Notes under the pieces: model-generated
What the model was told of the DNA's origin: nothing
The model's input: the letters and a program-made list of their open reading frames with translations, nothing else
Database searches by the model: none
Origin: Octopus sinensis
Taxonomy: Eukaryota
NCBI RefSeq assembly: GCF_006345805.1
Contig: NC_043013.1
Location: 18,414,001 to 18,478,000 of the forward strand
DNA length: 64,000 nt
Direction: 5' to 3'
Position numbers and translations under genes: made by a program
Shown: positions 13,644 through 25,085 of the stretch, one piece after another
Numbering within the stretch: the stretch's first letter is position 1
Layout of the letters: every line of letters starts with the position of its first letter

Positions 13644-13924
13644 CATTGAATGTTTGATAGCGAGGGTGCCTTATTGTTTGCCCTTTGCTATGTACTCGGT
13701 GTCATCTCTGATGCACCTCAGCGCCGCTTCAATATCTACTTGGGCTATTAAGGCCGCTCCTTTCGTGTCTGCTGAGATGCATCTGGAAAGTACCGTTCTT
13801 TTCTCCACTGCTTCAATTGCCTCTAGCTGAATAGTCAGATTGGCCCAAGTTTTTCTTGTTTAATCAGTTTCCAAGCCTGAGCCAACATTTCATCTCTATT
13901 TGTGAGGTCCACGGTAAAGCGTTG

Positions 13925-14200
13925 CTTCTTTATCGCTGCTGCTGCTGCCGCGAACATGCCTTTGTTGCTGGTAGTGTTCTCGTTGTTGTTGTTGTTGTTG
14001 CTGCTGCTGCTACCGTTGTTGTTGTTGTTGGTGTTGGTTTTGTTGTTGTTGCCGTTGTCACTTTTGCTATCGTTGTTGCTGTCTTTGTCATCGCTACTGC
14101 CGCTGATGTTGCCGTCTCTTTCGTTGCTGTTGTTGCTACCACTACTACTGCTGCTGTTGCTATTACTGCTACTACTGCTGTTACAGTCCCGTTTTTCTTC
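13925..14200. repeat. Mixed trinucleotide low-complexity tract (GTT/GCT/ACT)
   Basis: Direct reading. Confidence 0.9.
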
Positions 14201-14365
14201 TGTACTGTTGCCAGTAATGGAGGAAAGAGAAGGAAAAACTTCAGCAGTCACCAGATTTGTGGAAGGGGCTATTTTCTTTTTCTCAACTCTTTCAAGACGG
14301 GTTCCGCTATCTTGTTCAGTAGTGTTTGATTAAATTAAATTAAACACCCACCGAACTTATTAGAG

Positions 14366-14566
14366 CAGTGGTTTTAAACCAGGGTTCCGCCAGTACAGTC
14401 TAGGGGTTCCGCAAGAAGTTACAAAAATGCTAAAATCGACAGTAATTTTTAATTCTCCTGTGCAGATATGTGTGCATAAGACAATTAAATTATTGCACAG
14501 GGGTTCCTCGAGCCAGTAGAATGCTTCCTTGGGGTTCCGCTCCAGCAAAAAGGTTGAAAAACACTG
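14366..14566. mobile_element. hAT (Charlie-type) MITE
   Basis: Imperfect TIRs cagtggttttaaacc / ggttgaaaaacactg; 8-bp flanks tattagag / ctctagag (5/8 identical, resembling the NTCTAGAN target). Confidence 0.7.
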
Positions 14567-14739
14567 CTCTAGAGTGTTTAAACAACCGTAGAAAACCAGT
14601 AACAGGTTCCTTGTGTTTCTATTGACAATTTGGAATAAAATAAATAATGCAAAAAAGCACCAAACCGGTGTGAATAAATGCTTTAAGCAGCTGCATCAAC
14701 CTGGAGCGTTTCAAAGCACATCTTATATATTCTGCAATG

Positions 14740-14780
14740 AATAATAATAAATAATAATAATGATAATAATAATAATAATA

Positions 14781-14865
<85 letters not shown>
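14740..14865. repeat. (AAT)n microsatellite
   Basis: Direct reading. Confidence 0.95.
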
Positions 14866-14874
<9 letters not shown>

Positions 14875-15399
14875 GACATTCATTAGTACAACACCAAAAA
14901 CTCCCCCCCCCCACCAAATATATGGCACACTAGGCATAACAACAACATGAACTTCCAACCTGTTGTCTCTTGAGGTCTCTGGGTGAGACTTGGAGCCAAC
15001 TTGTACAAATATAAAGCAAAACTCAAACATATAATAATAATAATAATAATACTGTATAATAACAATGTACAACATTGAATATAAGACGGAAATGAGAGTA
15101 ACCTTTTCTAGGGGGTTTTGTGTGTAGATCACGAATATAACATCTTTTTCTTTCTGTGACCCTCTACTTTCTCGTAAATTATCATTTTATTTACGTTAAA
15201 TACCCTGATGGTTCCGTAGGAATTGAGTGCCAACAAGAGTGGCCCGAAATTGACAACTCTCAATGTTATGAATGGATATTGATATAATTTTAATGGAGTG
15301 TTCCTAAGGTATTTGTCAACCTAACTTATGAAAATTATAAAAGTACACTCAATATTTTTATAGTCATATGGATCCAAATCCGTGGTGAATCTGACAAAG

Positions 15400-15670
15400 A
15401 AACCTCACCTCATCACCCAACCCGAACTCAATGATCGTAGTTCGTGCTCTAACACTTACTAAGCAACAGTGTGAAGTCCTGGCCTCACGGCTGCAACAAT
15501 GGAACCTGTTGGATAAAGATGTTCGAATTACAGTATTTAGGAAGCGTTCTGCAGATCTACAGCAATTCTTCACTTTGGAAAACAACTTGACTTATTGTAA
15601 TGATATCAAAGAAGTATTCAATGTCCTTGAACTGACTTATGAACCGAATAAGTGGAAGTTATTTACAGAT
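15400..15670 (+). pseudogene. DNA-transposon transposase fragment, probably CMC/Chapaev3-like
   Basis: PHLITQPELND(frameshift)VRALTLTKQQCEVLASRLQQWNLL...YCNDIKEVFNVLELTYEPNKWKLFTDAS resembles the ELNDLVRDL...WRLFIDSS motif series; the family assignment is from recall, not a search. Confidence 0.6.
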
Positions 15671-16235
15671 GCATCCCTTTACAGGAGGGAAAGGCAGTTT
15701 TCCTCTGCCTGGTTGCTATAGCAAAAGAAGTAGAGTGGTGGATGAGACCGAAAGAACTGAAGACAGACACTTTCCTCTTCGGCCGATACCGCATCGATTT
15801 TCTCAAGTTCCACTTGAAAAGAAAAGTGAGGGTAGAGAGGGAAGTACTGCCCCCAAATAATTTTGTTGAAAGGTGGGTGAATGTTGCGAAAATGGCTCGC
15901 ATCGATGGACCTACTCTGAATATACATCTGTAAGCCAGAGCAGTTAAGGGGAAGAGAGATGCCTACATGGCGTACTCTTGGCAGTGGGGTGCCTGTTTGG
16001 CCCTGGGTGGAACTCTCTAATTAGGGAATTCAGTGGGGTGCCTGTTTGGCCCTGGGTGGAACTCTCCAATTAGGGAATTTTGTTGTTTTATTTTTGTTGT
16101 TGTTAACCGTTTTCTTGTTTTTGTTTTTATTGTTTACCCGTTTTCTGCTTTTTTTTTAAATGCCACTTGTCCATTATTTTTTGTTTTGTTCCTATATGCT
16201 TTTGTGTTCGGCCCTTCTTATGGCCAATAAAAAAG
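15670..16235 (+). mobile_element. 5'-truncated L1/Tx1-like LINE 3' end with 3' UTR
   Basis: GKAVFLCLVAIAKEVEWWMR...FLKFHLKRKVRVEREVL...VERWVNVAKM, homologous to 11720-11990 and 16940-17160; ends aataaaaaa. Confidence 0.8.
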
Positions 16236-16236
16236 G

Positions 16237-16303
<67 letters not shown>

Positions 16304-16304
<1 letters not shown>

Positions 16305-16497
16305 GGCAGAGCTACCGTGATAAATGCTTAGCAGCATTTCCTCCGTCTTTACGTTCTGAGTTCAAATTCCACCGAGGTTGACTTTGTCTTTCATCATTTT
16401 GGGGTCGATAAATTAAGTACCAGTTGCGTACTGAGGTCGATCCAATCGACTGGCCCCCCCCTTAAATTCCAGGCCTTGTGCCTATAGTAGAAAGGCA
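16304..16497 (+). mobile_element. SINE family A
   Basis: Family body and tail. Confidence 0.85.
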
Positions 16498-17420
16498 TCG
16501 CCTGGCACCTAGAATGTCGTCAGGTGCTCACAGCCCTCTACCAGTCGGGCAATGAGATCGATGGATGTTTCGCTTTAAAAATTTATAGAGGATTAGTGGC
16601 GGGAAAGTGCGACGACGTTCCCAGGGAGAATGGGCGCCAACGAGAACGAACTGGCTTGTCTGTTCCGGAGGACTTTCCGGTCGGGAATTATCATGGATAA
16701 TTTCCAGATGTCTTTGGCCTGGCAGTGCTACCGGTTCGAGATAAACTTTACAGGCACGGATATGCTGTCAGACAGGCTTGTCCGAGGTGCGCGCAGAATG
16801 ACGAAACCGTTCTGCACGTCCTCGTTCAGTGTCCAAGCATTACTGACTTGTGGGGTTATGTCGAACAGCAGTTGTTACGCGTGGGACGGACCCGTCTATC
16901 GGCCGAATCTATAGTGATGATGCCCCGTCGCCGTCCTTCAATCGGGTAGGCAAAACAGTTTTCCTTTGCCTGGTGGCTTTGGTGAAAGAGATTGTTTGGT
17001 TGACAAGGTTGAAAGGCATGAGGACAGATATATTTCTCTTTGGTAGATCTCTCATTGACTTCTTCAAGTTTCATTTGAAAAGGAAACTGAGAGTGGAGAG
17101 GGAAGTGTTGTCCTCGAGTGAGTTTATTGAAAGGTAGGTGAAAGTTGCGAAAATGGCAAGAGTAGATGGTAACTCTCTGTGAGTCAGAGAGAAGAAATTG
17201 GAGAGGGCACTTGCTCTTGGGGTTTCAGGGAAATCTCGAACAGTGGAGTTCCTCGATTTTTTCGAAATCTTTGTATGCTATGCATATGTCCCTTCCTTTT
17301 CAGTGTATACCGTGTATACTTACATATTTTTAATCATTTCATTATGTGTAAACCCCAACGCTTTATGTCAGTTTTTATATTATTGTCCCCCTCATCCTTT
17401 ACCCTTGTGGTAAATAAATG
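16496..17420 (+). mobile_element. 5'-truncated L1/Tx1-like LINE 3' part
   Basis: WHLECRQVLTALYQSGNE, MDNFQMSLAWQCY, LPVRDKLYRHG...CPRCAQNDETVLHVLVQCP (CCHC zinc knuckle), FKFHLKRKLRVEREVL, then a UTR with aataaa. Confidence 0.85.
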
Positions 17421-17439
17421 AAATTGTGGTAAATGAATA

Positions 17440-17589
17440 AATAAATAATTATTATTATTGTTGTTGTTGTTGTTGCTGTTGTTGTTGCTGTTGTTGTTGT
17501 TGTTCTTGTTGTTGTTGTTGTTGTTATTATTATTATTATTGTTATTGTTGTTGTTGTTGTTGTTGTTATTATTATTATTATTGTTGTTG

Positions 17590-17630
<41 letters not shown>

Positions 17631-17706
17631 GTTATTGTTATTATTATTATTGTTATTATTGCTATTATTATTATTATTGTTATTGTTATTATTATTATTG
17701 TTATTA

Positions 17707-17789
<83 letters not shown>

Positions 17790-17975
17790 TAAACAAAGAA
17801 AGCACTGCGGACATTAATAGAGAATAGCGCCACCCCATGTGAATGAGAGCATTCTGAAACCCTGGCTACATGGTACTCCAGCTATTGACCTCTCCCAACA
17901 ATAATCTCGATGAAACAACAAAAGCAACAAGAGGTAGTAGTAACGGTGGTGGATGGAGGGTCCAGGTAGTCTACA

Positions 17976-18029
<54 letters not shown>

Positions 18030-18135
18030 AGTGAATGAGACAGAAGACTGGGAAAAAGAATTGGAAGAAGAAGAAGAAGAAGAAGAAGAAGAAGAAGAAG
18101 AAGAAGGAAGAGGAGGAGGAGGAAGAGGAAACGAT
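17440..18135. repeat. (GTT)n/(ATT)n, (TAG)n and (GAA)n trinucleotide arrays
   Basis: Direct reading. Confidence 0.95.
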
Positions 18136-18489
18136 GAACAAGAAAACGCATAATGTGATGAAGGCAAACAAAAGAATGGAGAAGAGGCAAAGGGGGGGGG
18201 GGCGTGGAAGCGAAGGAAGCATTGAAAGCGAGTTCAGTTCTAAGGATCGCCATCTTAATGTTTTATTCTATGAAATATTTAAATTAGATGTTTGGTCGTC
18301 AAAACTTAATTGGCTTCATTTAATTTCATTAGAAGCGTATGATTATTAAACGTGGTTAAATTTGATGCAGTTTCTTACAATAATTCGTTATTGATGCCTT
18401 TTATTTGATTATATATATATGTGTGTATATGTATATATATTTAAATATATCTATCTATCATATATTTATGTATATATATAGATCATATG

Positions 18490-18524
<35 letters not shown>

Positions 18525-18539
18525 ATCATATATATATCA

Positions 18540-18587
<48 letters not shown>

Positions 18588-18617
18588 ACATATATATATA
18601 TATAAATATATGTATAT

Positions 18618-18648
<31 letters not shown>

Positions 18649-19023
18649 TACATACATGTACACATACCTGTACACACACATGTGTGTGCATATGTACGTA
18701 TGTATATCTGTGTATGTGTACATGCGTGGCTATATGGATATATACGTATATAATCGATATCAATATGTCTGTTCCACCCTTCTTTTCTCTATTTCTGTGT
18801 GTGTGTGAGCATGCGCGCGTTTATATATATATATGCACACACATATACATACATACACACGCAAAGACAGACAGACACACACACAGACATATAGACTAAA
18901 GGGTTTTAATCAAAAATTGCCGGGGAGATGATATCGACCCCAGCAATTAACTCATTCACGTGCTTATTTTATGTGTAATTGAAGGGGGGGAAACTCAGCA
19001 GACCTGTTTGAGCAGTGAATTAT

Positions 19024-19108
<85 letters not shown>

Positions 19109-19424
19109 ACACTCACACAGACACACACACACACGCGCGCGCGCAATCATACGTGCGTGCGCATTATGTAGGACACAAACTTGTGGGATTGAGAATAAAA
19201 TGTTCCCACAGGTTTACAACTGCCGTGTCTACGCCTCCCAGAATAATTCCTCAAGCAGAAATATTAGAGGAACAACATAAATCTACCTAAAAACATATAA
19301 AATAGAATTGAAACTGTTAAGAAAAACCCATGAATCATAAAATATATGACAATAGCAATCATTTTGTGGATAAATAAATTTCTGAAAACTGTTAAATCGT
19401 TGAATGATGATGATAAGGATAATT

Positions 19425-19910
19425 CTTTCTACTATAGGGACAAGGCCTGAAATTTAGGGAGAGGGGGCAAGTCGATTACATCGACTCCAGTGTTCCACTG
19501 GAGGGGGAGGTGGTGGTGGTGGTTAGGATTAGGGTTAGGGTTAGGGTTATTGTTGTAGAGCTGAAAAAGAAGTAATTTCTACTCTTCTCCTCTGGAAGCC
19601 ATCTGCTTGCGATACCAGAGGGCGCACACTCTCCTACCCTGATGTAATCTCCAGGGATACAGACATCCAGCAACAGGACCTCCGTAATGCCATGATGGAC
19701 CGTGAAGTCTGGCGTAGCATGGTAAATTCCATTGTCTCGACCACGGTCGAACAATGATGATGATGTTCCACTGGTGCTTATTTCATCGACCTCGAAAAGA
19801 TGAAAGGCAAAGTCGACTTCGGCGGAATTTGAACTCAGAACGTAAAGACGGGCGAAATGCCGCTAAGCATTTTTCCCGGCGTGTTAACGATTTTGTCGAC
19901 TCGCCGCCTT
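19425..19910 (-). mobile_element. SINE family A split by an insertion at 19502-19763
   Basis: Tail half at 19425-19501 and body/head half at 19764-19910; duplicated tgttccactgg at both junctions. Confidence 0.85.
19556..19763 (+). mobile_element. 5'-truncated RTE-clade LINE 3' end
   Basis: LLWKPSACDTRGRTLSYPDVISRDTDIQQQDLRNAMMDREVWRSMVNSIVSTTVEQ* (DRxxWR motif) followed by a (TGA)n tail. Confidence 0.8.
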
Positions 19911-19911
19911 C

Positions 19912-20070
19912 GGCATTACTTGGAGCTGTATGCAACATTGCGTAAAGTACTTTGTGTCTGAGGTCCTTGTTGTGGCTTGACAGACAGTACAAATCTCCGG
20001 TAGACACAATATCTTCAATCAACAGCATCGCAATATTGGATACTATGATGATGATGATGATGATAATGAT
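19912..20070 (+). mobile_element. Extreme 3' end of an R4/Dong-like LINE
   Basis: ALLGAVC(frameshift)TLRKVLCV* matches the ALLGTARILRKVL-type terminus; (GAT)n tail. Confidence 0.55.
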
Positions 20071-20903
20071 TTTAAATTTTGGCACTAGGCCAGCATTTCT
20101 TTATGAACTTGCTGTATTGGAAGTTGAAGTAAGTACAGGTGAAGTGAACGCAGCAGTAAACTGCACTTTACACACGGTGCCAATTTGAAACATAACTATT
20201 GATGGGAGTATTTGTTACACCAACTCAGAGTTAAGTGTCAGAGTTGGAACTCATGATATGACACAGTTAAAATGATACGAACCATTCACCACATCAGGCG
20301 TGTTTTTGTTCTTTCGGTAAACAAATCTATTGTAGCTAACTTGCACGAAGATCGTAGTGATTTATAAAGAATTCACACAAAAAAATTTAACCGAAGAATT
20401 AACCAATACCCAATCGAAGTTCCATTTCAGAAGTTTTGGTGTAATATCTTTGAAGTATAAATTGATGGAACTGCAGAGGATGGAAGCAGATTCTTGTTAA
20501 AAAAAACAAAACAAAATTGACACACACTCACACGCACACATTCACAGAAACAACACACACACGAACACACGCAAAACCAATTTCTTAGATGAAAAATGTA
20601 TTTAAAATATATGATAAAAATGGTGAATTTAAGAATATATATTCATACATAGATACATAATGCATGCATACATACATACATACATACATACATACATACA
20701 TACATACATGTATGCATATGTACATATATGTGTGTGTGTATATATATATATACATACATATGCACATAAATACACACATATATACATACACACGCATGTA
20801 TACGCGCACTCACACATATACACATACATATATTTCTCAAATATTTTCATAGCTTTATATTTTCATAAAATTATAATCTTTTATCACATATTTTCAAATA
20901 TAT

Positions 20904-21098
20904 TTTTTCACCAGAGGAAAATAATTTAATATTCATATATCTTTCTTAAAACCAGAGTAACACTGATATTTACCCCAACGATCGAATACGAAACACAAAA
21001 ACTTGGCGGTTCACTTCTTACTGTTCCCATTCAGAACCCAACAGCATATTCAAACACCTTCGCGTTTTTTTTATGAAGGAAGTTATATATATATATAT

Positions 21099-21137
<39 letters not shown>

Positions 21138-21962
21138 AAAAAAGGTTGGAAAATGCAATTTAAACGATGTTTATTTACTTAACCGGTTTCACTCTTTGGT
21201 AAAAGATTGTCAAAAGTTACATTTAAGGAAACATTGAATAATATGGGTTCAAAAAAAAGTTTTTTACATAATTGTCACATTGAGTATTATGCATTAAAAA
21301 AGGTTTTTACATAATTGTCACATTGAGTATTATGCATTCAAAAAGGTTTTTACATAATTGTCACATTGAGTATTATGCATTCAAAAAGGTTTTTACATAA
21401 TTGTCACATGGATATTATGAATTCAAAAATGTTTTTTATACATAATTGTCACATTACATGTATAGATATAGTGTTGGTAACAGAGAAGTTCAATAGTGTG
21501 ATGAGAATGGTTGGGAAAATTTGGCAGAAAAGGATAAAACAAATATATTATGGGAATTGGTTGCGTTAATTATTGGTTGTCGCAAATTGTCACATTACAT
21601 GATATATATACAATCTTCGGTATATATATACAGCCTTTTGACAGCAAAAATTAGAATGGCTTTTTTATACATCTCAGAATATTTTAAGTACAAGGCGAGA
21701 ATATGTTTTACTGACCTGTTGGGATTAGCAGAAAGGCTGAACTGAGAGAACAGAGGAAGTAGCCAATGTGGTGTATACTTCCCCTTATGCATGAATGATT
21801 TTGCGAAGGTGTTTGAATATGCTGTTGGGTTCTGAATGGGAACAGTAAGAAGTGAACCGCCATGTTTTTGTGTTTCGTATTCGATCGTTGGGGTAAATAT
21901 CAGTGTTACTCTGGTTTTAAGAAAGATATATGAATATTAAATTATTTTCCTCTGGTGAAAAA
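20904..21962. repeat. 160-bp inverted repeat (20904-21063 and 21803-21962)
   Basis: The arms are reverse complements; one mismatch seen by eye. Confidence 0.9.
21261..21456 (+). repeat. 43-bp tandem repeat, about 4.5 copies
   Basis: Unit tttttacataattgtcacattgagtattatgcattcaaaaagg starting at 21261, 21304, 21347 and 21390. Confidence 0.9.
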
Positions 21963-21983
21963 TGTCTGAGCAGGCACCACTAA

Positions 21984-22014
<31 letters not shown>

Positions 22015-22209
22015 CTATATATATATATATATTAGTGGTGCCTGCTCAGACATTAACTGCCACCCGAAGAAACAGGACGTGAAACTAGGAGCAACCGTTA
22101 ATGAAATTTTCAGCCGATAATAGAAATCATAAAACTCTGCCATACGTATTGATAACTCTTCTTCTCGCTCCTCGATGTTCGTGCAATTCTTTTGTGATTT
22201 ATACGCACG

Positions 22210-23006
22210 CACACATACATACATACATACATACATACATACATACATACATACATACATACATACATACATACGTACGTACATACATACATACATACAT
22301 ACATACGTACATACATACATACATACATACGTACATACATACATACATACATACATACATACATACATACATACATACATACGTACGTACATACATACAT
22401 ACATACATACGTACATACATACATACATACATACGTACATACATACATATATACATACATACATACGTACATACATACATACATACATACATACGTACAT
22501 ACATACATACATACATACATACATACATACATACATACATACGTACATACATACATACATACATACGTACATACATACATACATACATACATACATACAT
22601 ACGTACGTACGTACGTACATACATACATAAATACGTACATACATACATACATACATACATACATACGTACATACATACATACATACGTACATACATACAT
22701 ACATACATACGTACATACATACATACATACATACATACATACATACGTACGTACGTACGTACGTACATACATACATAAATACGTACATACATACATACAT
22801 ACATACGTACGTACATACATACATACATACATACATACATACATACATACATACATACATACGTACATACATACATACATACATACGTCATACATACATA
22901 CATACATACATACATAGTACGTACGTACGTACATACATACATACATACGTACATACATACATACATACATACATACATACATACATACATACATACATAC
23001 ATACAT
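22210..23006. repeat. About 800-bp (TACA)n array with TACG variants
   Basis: Direct reading. Confidence 0.95.
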
Positions 23007-23078
23007 AGTGAATAGAAATTTTGTTTTTAACTTTAAAACAACAACAAAGTATTGTGCTTAATATGAGAGAATATTGTA

Positions 23079-23285
23079 GGCGGCAAGCTGGCAGAATCGT
23101 TGCTAAATGTTCAGCGGTATTTCGTCCGTCTTTACGTTTCGAGTTCAAATTCCGCCGGGGTCGACCTTGTCTTTCATCCTTTCGGAGACGACAAAATAAA
23201 TACCAGTTGAACACTGGGGCCAATTTAATCGACTTACCCCTTCCCCAAAACTGCTGGTCTTGTGCAAAAATTTGAAACCAATATG
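23079..23285 (+). mobile_element. SINE family A
   Basis: Family head, body and tail. Confidence 0.9.
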
Positions 23286-23399
23286 AGAGACTATTGCGGT
23301 TCTAAAGGGATATAATATACATGGGCATTACCTAAGAAAAAAATAAACAACAAAACATTCATTTCGCTTTTCTCATCTAACAGGAGAGGTAAATATGAA

Positions 23400-24380
23400 A
23401 CAGAATTTTATCTCTATGATGAAACTTTATAATGAAACTGTACTTAATGCTTGTTTGAAAGCTAAAGAGAATGAATTATTTACTGTCAGTCAAAAATGAA
23501 TTTATTGAAAAACATTAATCTTTCTGCACAAACAAGGAGTCAAAGACACAGGAATCACCATTCTGGACCAATTAAACTATAAAGCAGAAGAGTTCCAATA
23601 ATTTTCTCTGTCTCTATCTTTTGATTAATCGACAGACGTGTCTGACAATTTCATGCTGCTTATGTTTATTCGAAGAATTAATACTGACTTTGAAGTGACG
23701 GAAGATAGAGTTTCCGTGAGCAGCGTGTTTGAAAGAACTACCGGTGGAAATATTTTCAAAGGGGCAAAAAACACGCATCTAACACAGATATTTGGAAATG
23801 TTCTAAAGCGTATTACAATAAAACCGGTAAAAAGATCATACTGGGCGAAGGAAAAACATTTTCATTTGACGAATCTTCAAAGCTTTTGGGTATAGAATAC
23901 AAAAACCTCGTGTATATCTCTTCATCATTTATCGTAAGGTATTTCGCGAAAAACATTTATTTGGTAGTGTGTCACTCAGTCAATGTCAGCCTCAAATATC
24001 TTTGAAAGAAATGTAAGGTGAATATAATGATTTATGGTACCACACTACTGCAGTAAGGTGGCTTAGTAATAGTAAAGTTATTTAATGTTCGGACGGACGT
24101 TGACATTTTCTGAATGAGAAATTATGCTCAGTCTCTATTGGCAGATGGTAAATGGCCGTGGAATTTGGTAATCTTGATTGACTTTATGATACATCTTAAC
24201 AATTTCAACCTTCCATTATATGACAATTCTTAGTTTGTACTTGGCATATACTCCACAGTAAAAGCTTTTTGACATAAATTACCCCAATCTTTTCACTCTT
24301 AACTAACGACAAAGAACTTCAACCGTTTCCCTTGCCGTGAAAAACAGGACCAAGAAACAGAATTTTACAATTCCTTTTGA
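23400..24380 (+). pseudogene. hAT transposase fragment (Spin/GTF2IRD2-like), decayed
   Basis: FSLSL..STDVSD..LLMFIR, FEVTE, TTGGNIFK, EYNDLWYH..AVRWLS, DFMIHLNNFNL and YSTVKAF occur in hAT motif order. Confidence 0.8.
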
Positions 24381-24884
24381 GTTCGTTTAAGACATTATTC
24401 ATTCACTTGTCTGAAACTACAATTTCAACAACGTTTCTCAGATCCCGGTTAAGATTTATGGGATGTGGGGGTCGGAGAATTCAAAGATGAAGTACGTTAA
24501 ATCTGTATACAAATCAGTTTTAATTGATTACCGCTTGCAGTCAATTTTGATTGGAGGGGAAGCAAAATTTGAACTCACAACTTGACAATACTTTCTTTAT
24601 GCGCTAACGCATGCAACATTTCTCTAGGGAACTGAAAATCGTGATCTGAAGTGGGAGCACAGACCGACGCTATATATATATATATATTATATAGATATAT
24701 ATATATATATATATTATATATTATATATATATATGTGTATATATACACACATATTTATGTATATTCACCAAACCACACATTATACACATATAATATATAC
24801 ACAATACTTAATTAGCACATACACATGCACACATATCTATACAAACATACCACCTACTTAACACATATTGGCCTCAACTTTTGG

Positions 24885-25085
24885 CACAACGCCAGCAAAT
24901 TCACAGGAGGTGATAAGTCGATTATATCGACTCTAGTATTCAACTTGTACTTATTATATCGATTCCCGAAAGGAATGAAAAGCAAAGTCAACCTCGGTGG
25001 AATTTGAACTCAGAACGTAAAGACGGACGAAATGCTGCTAAGCATTTTGTCAGGTGTGCTAACGATTCTGCCAGTTCGCCGCCTT
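24885..25085 (-). mobile_element. SINE family A
   Basis: Reverse complement of the family head and body. Confidence 0.85.

Noticed and set aside
13835-14333. Poly-S/N/T ORFs as low-complexity proteins
   Set aside because: They are open frames through a stop-poor trinucleotide tract between repeats, with no supported splice or domain context
19523-19549. True telomere or chromosome fusion site
   Set aside because: Only about four units, single orientation, and enclosed within a retro-insertion's TSDs
20090-20190. Possible small exon ending at gaa|gtaagt
   Set aside because: There is a good donor motif but no convincing acceptor, recognisable peptide or partner exon
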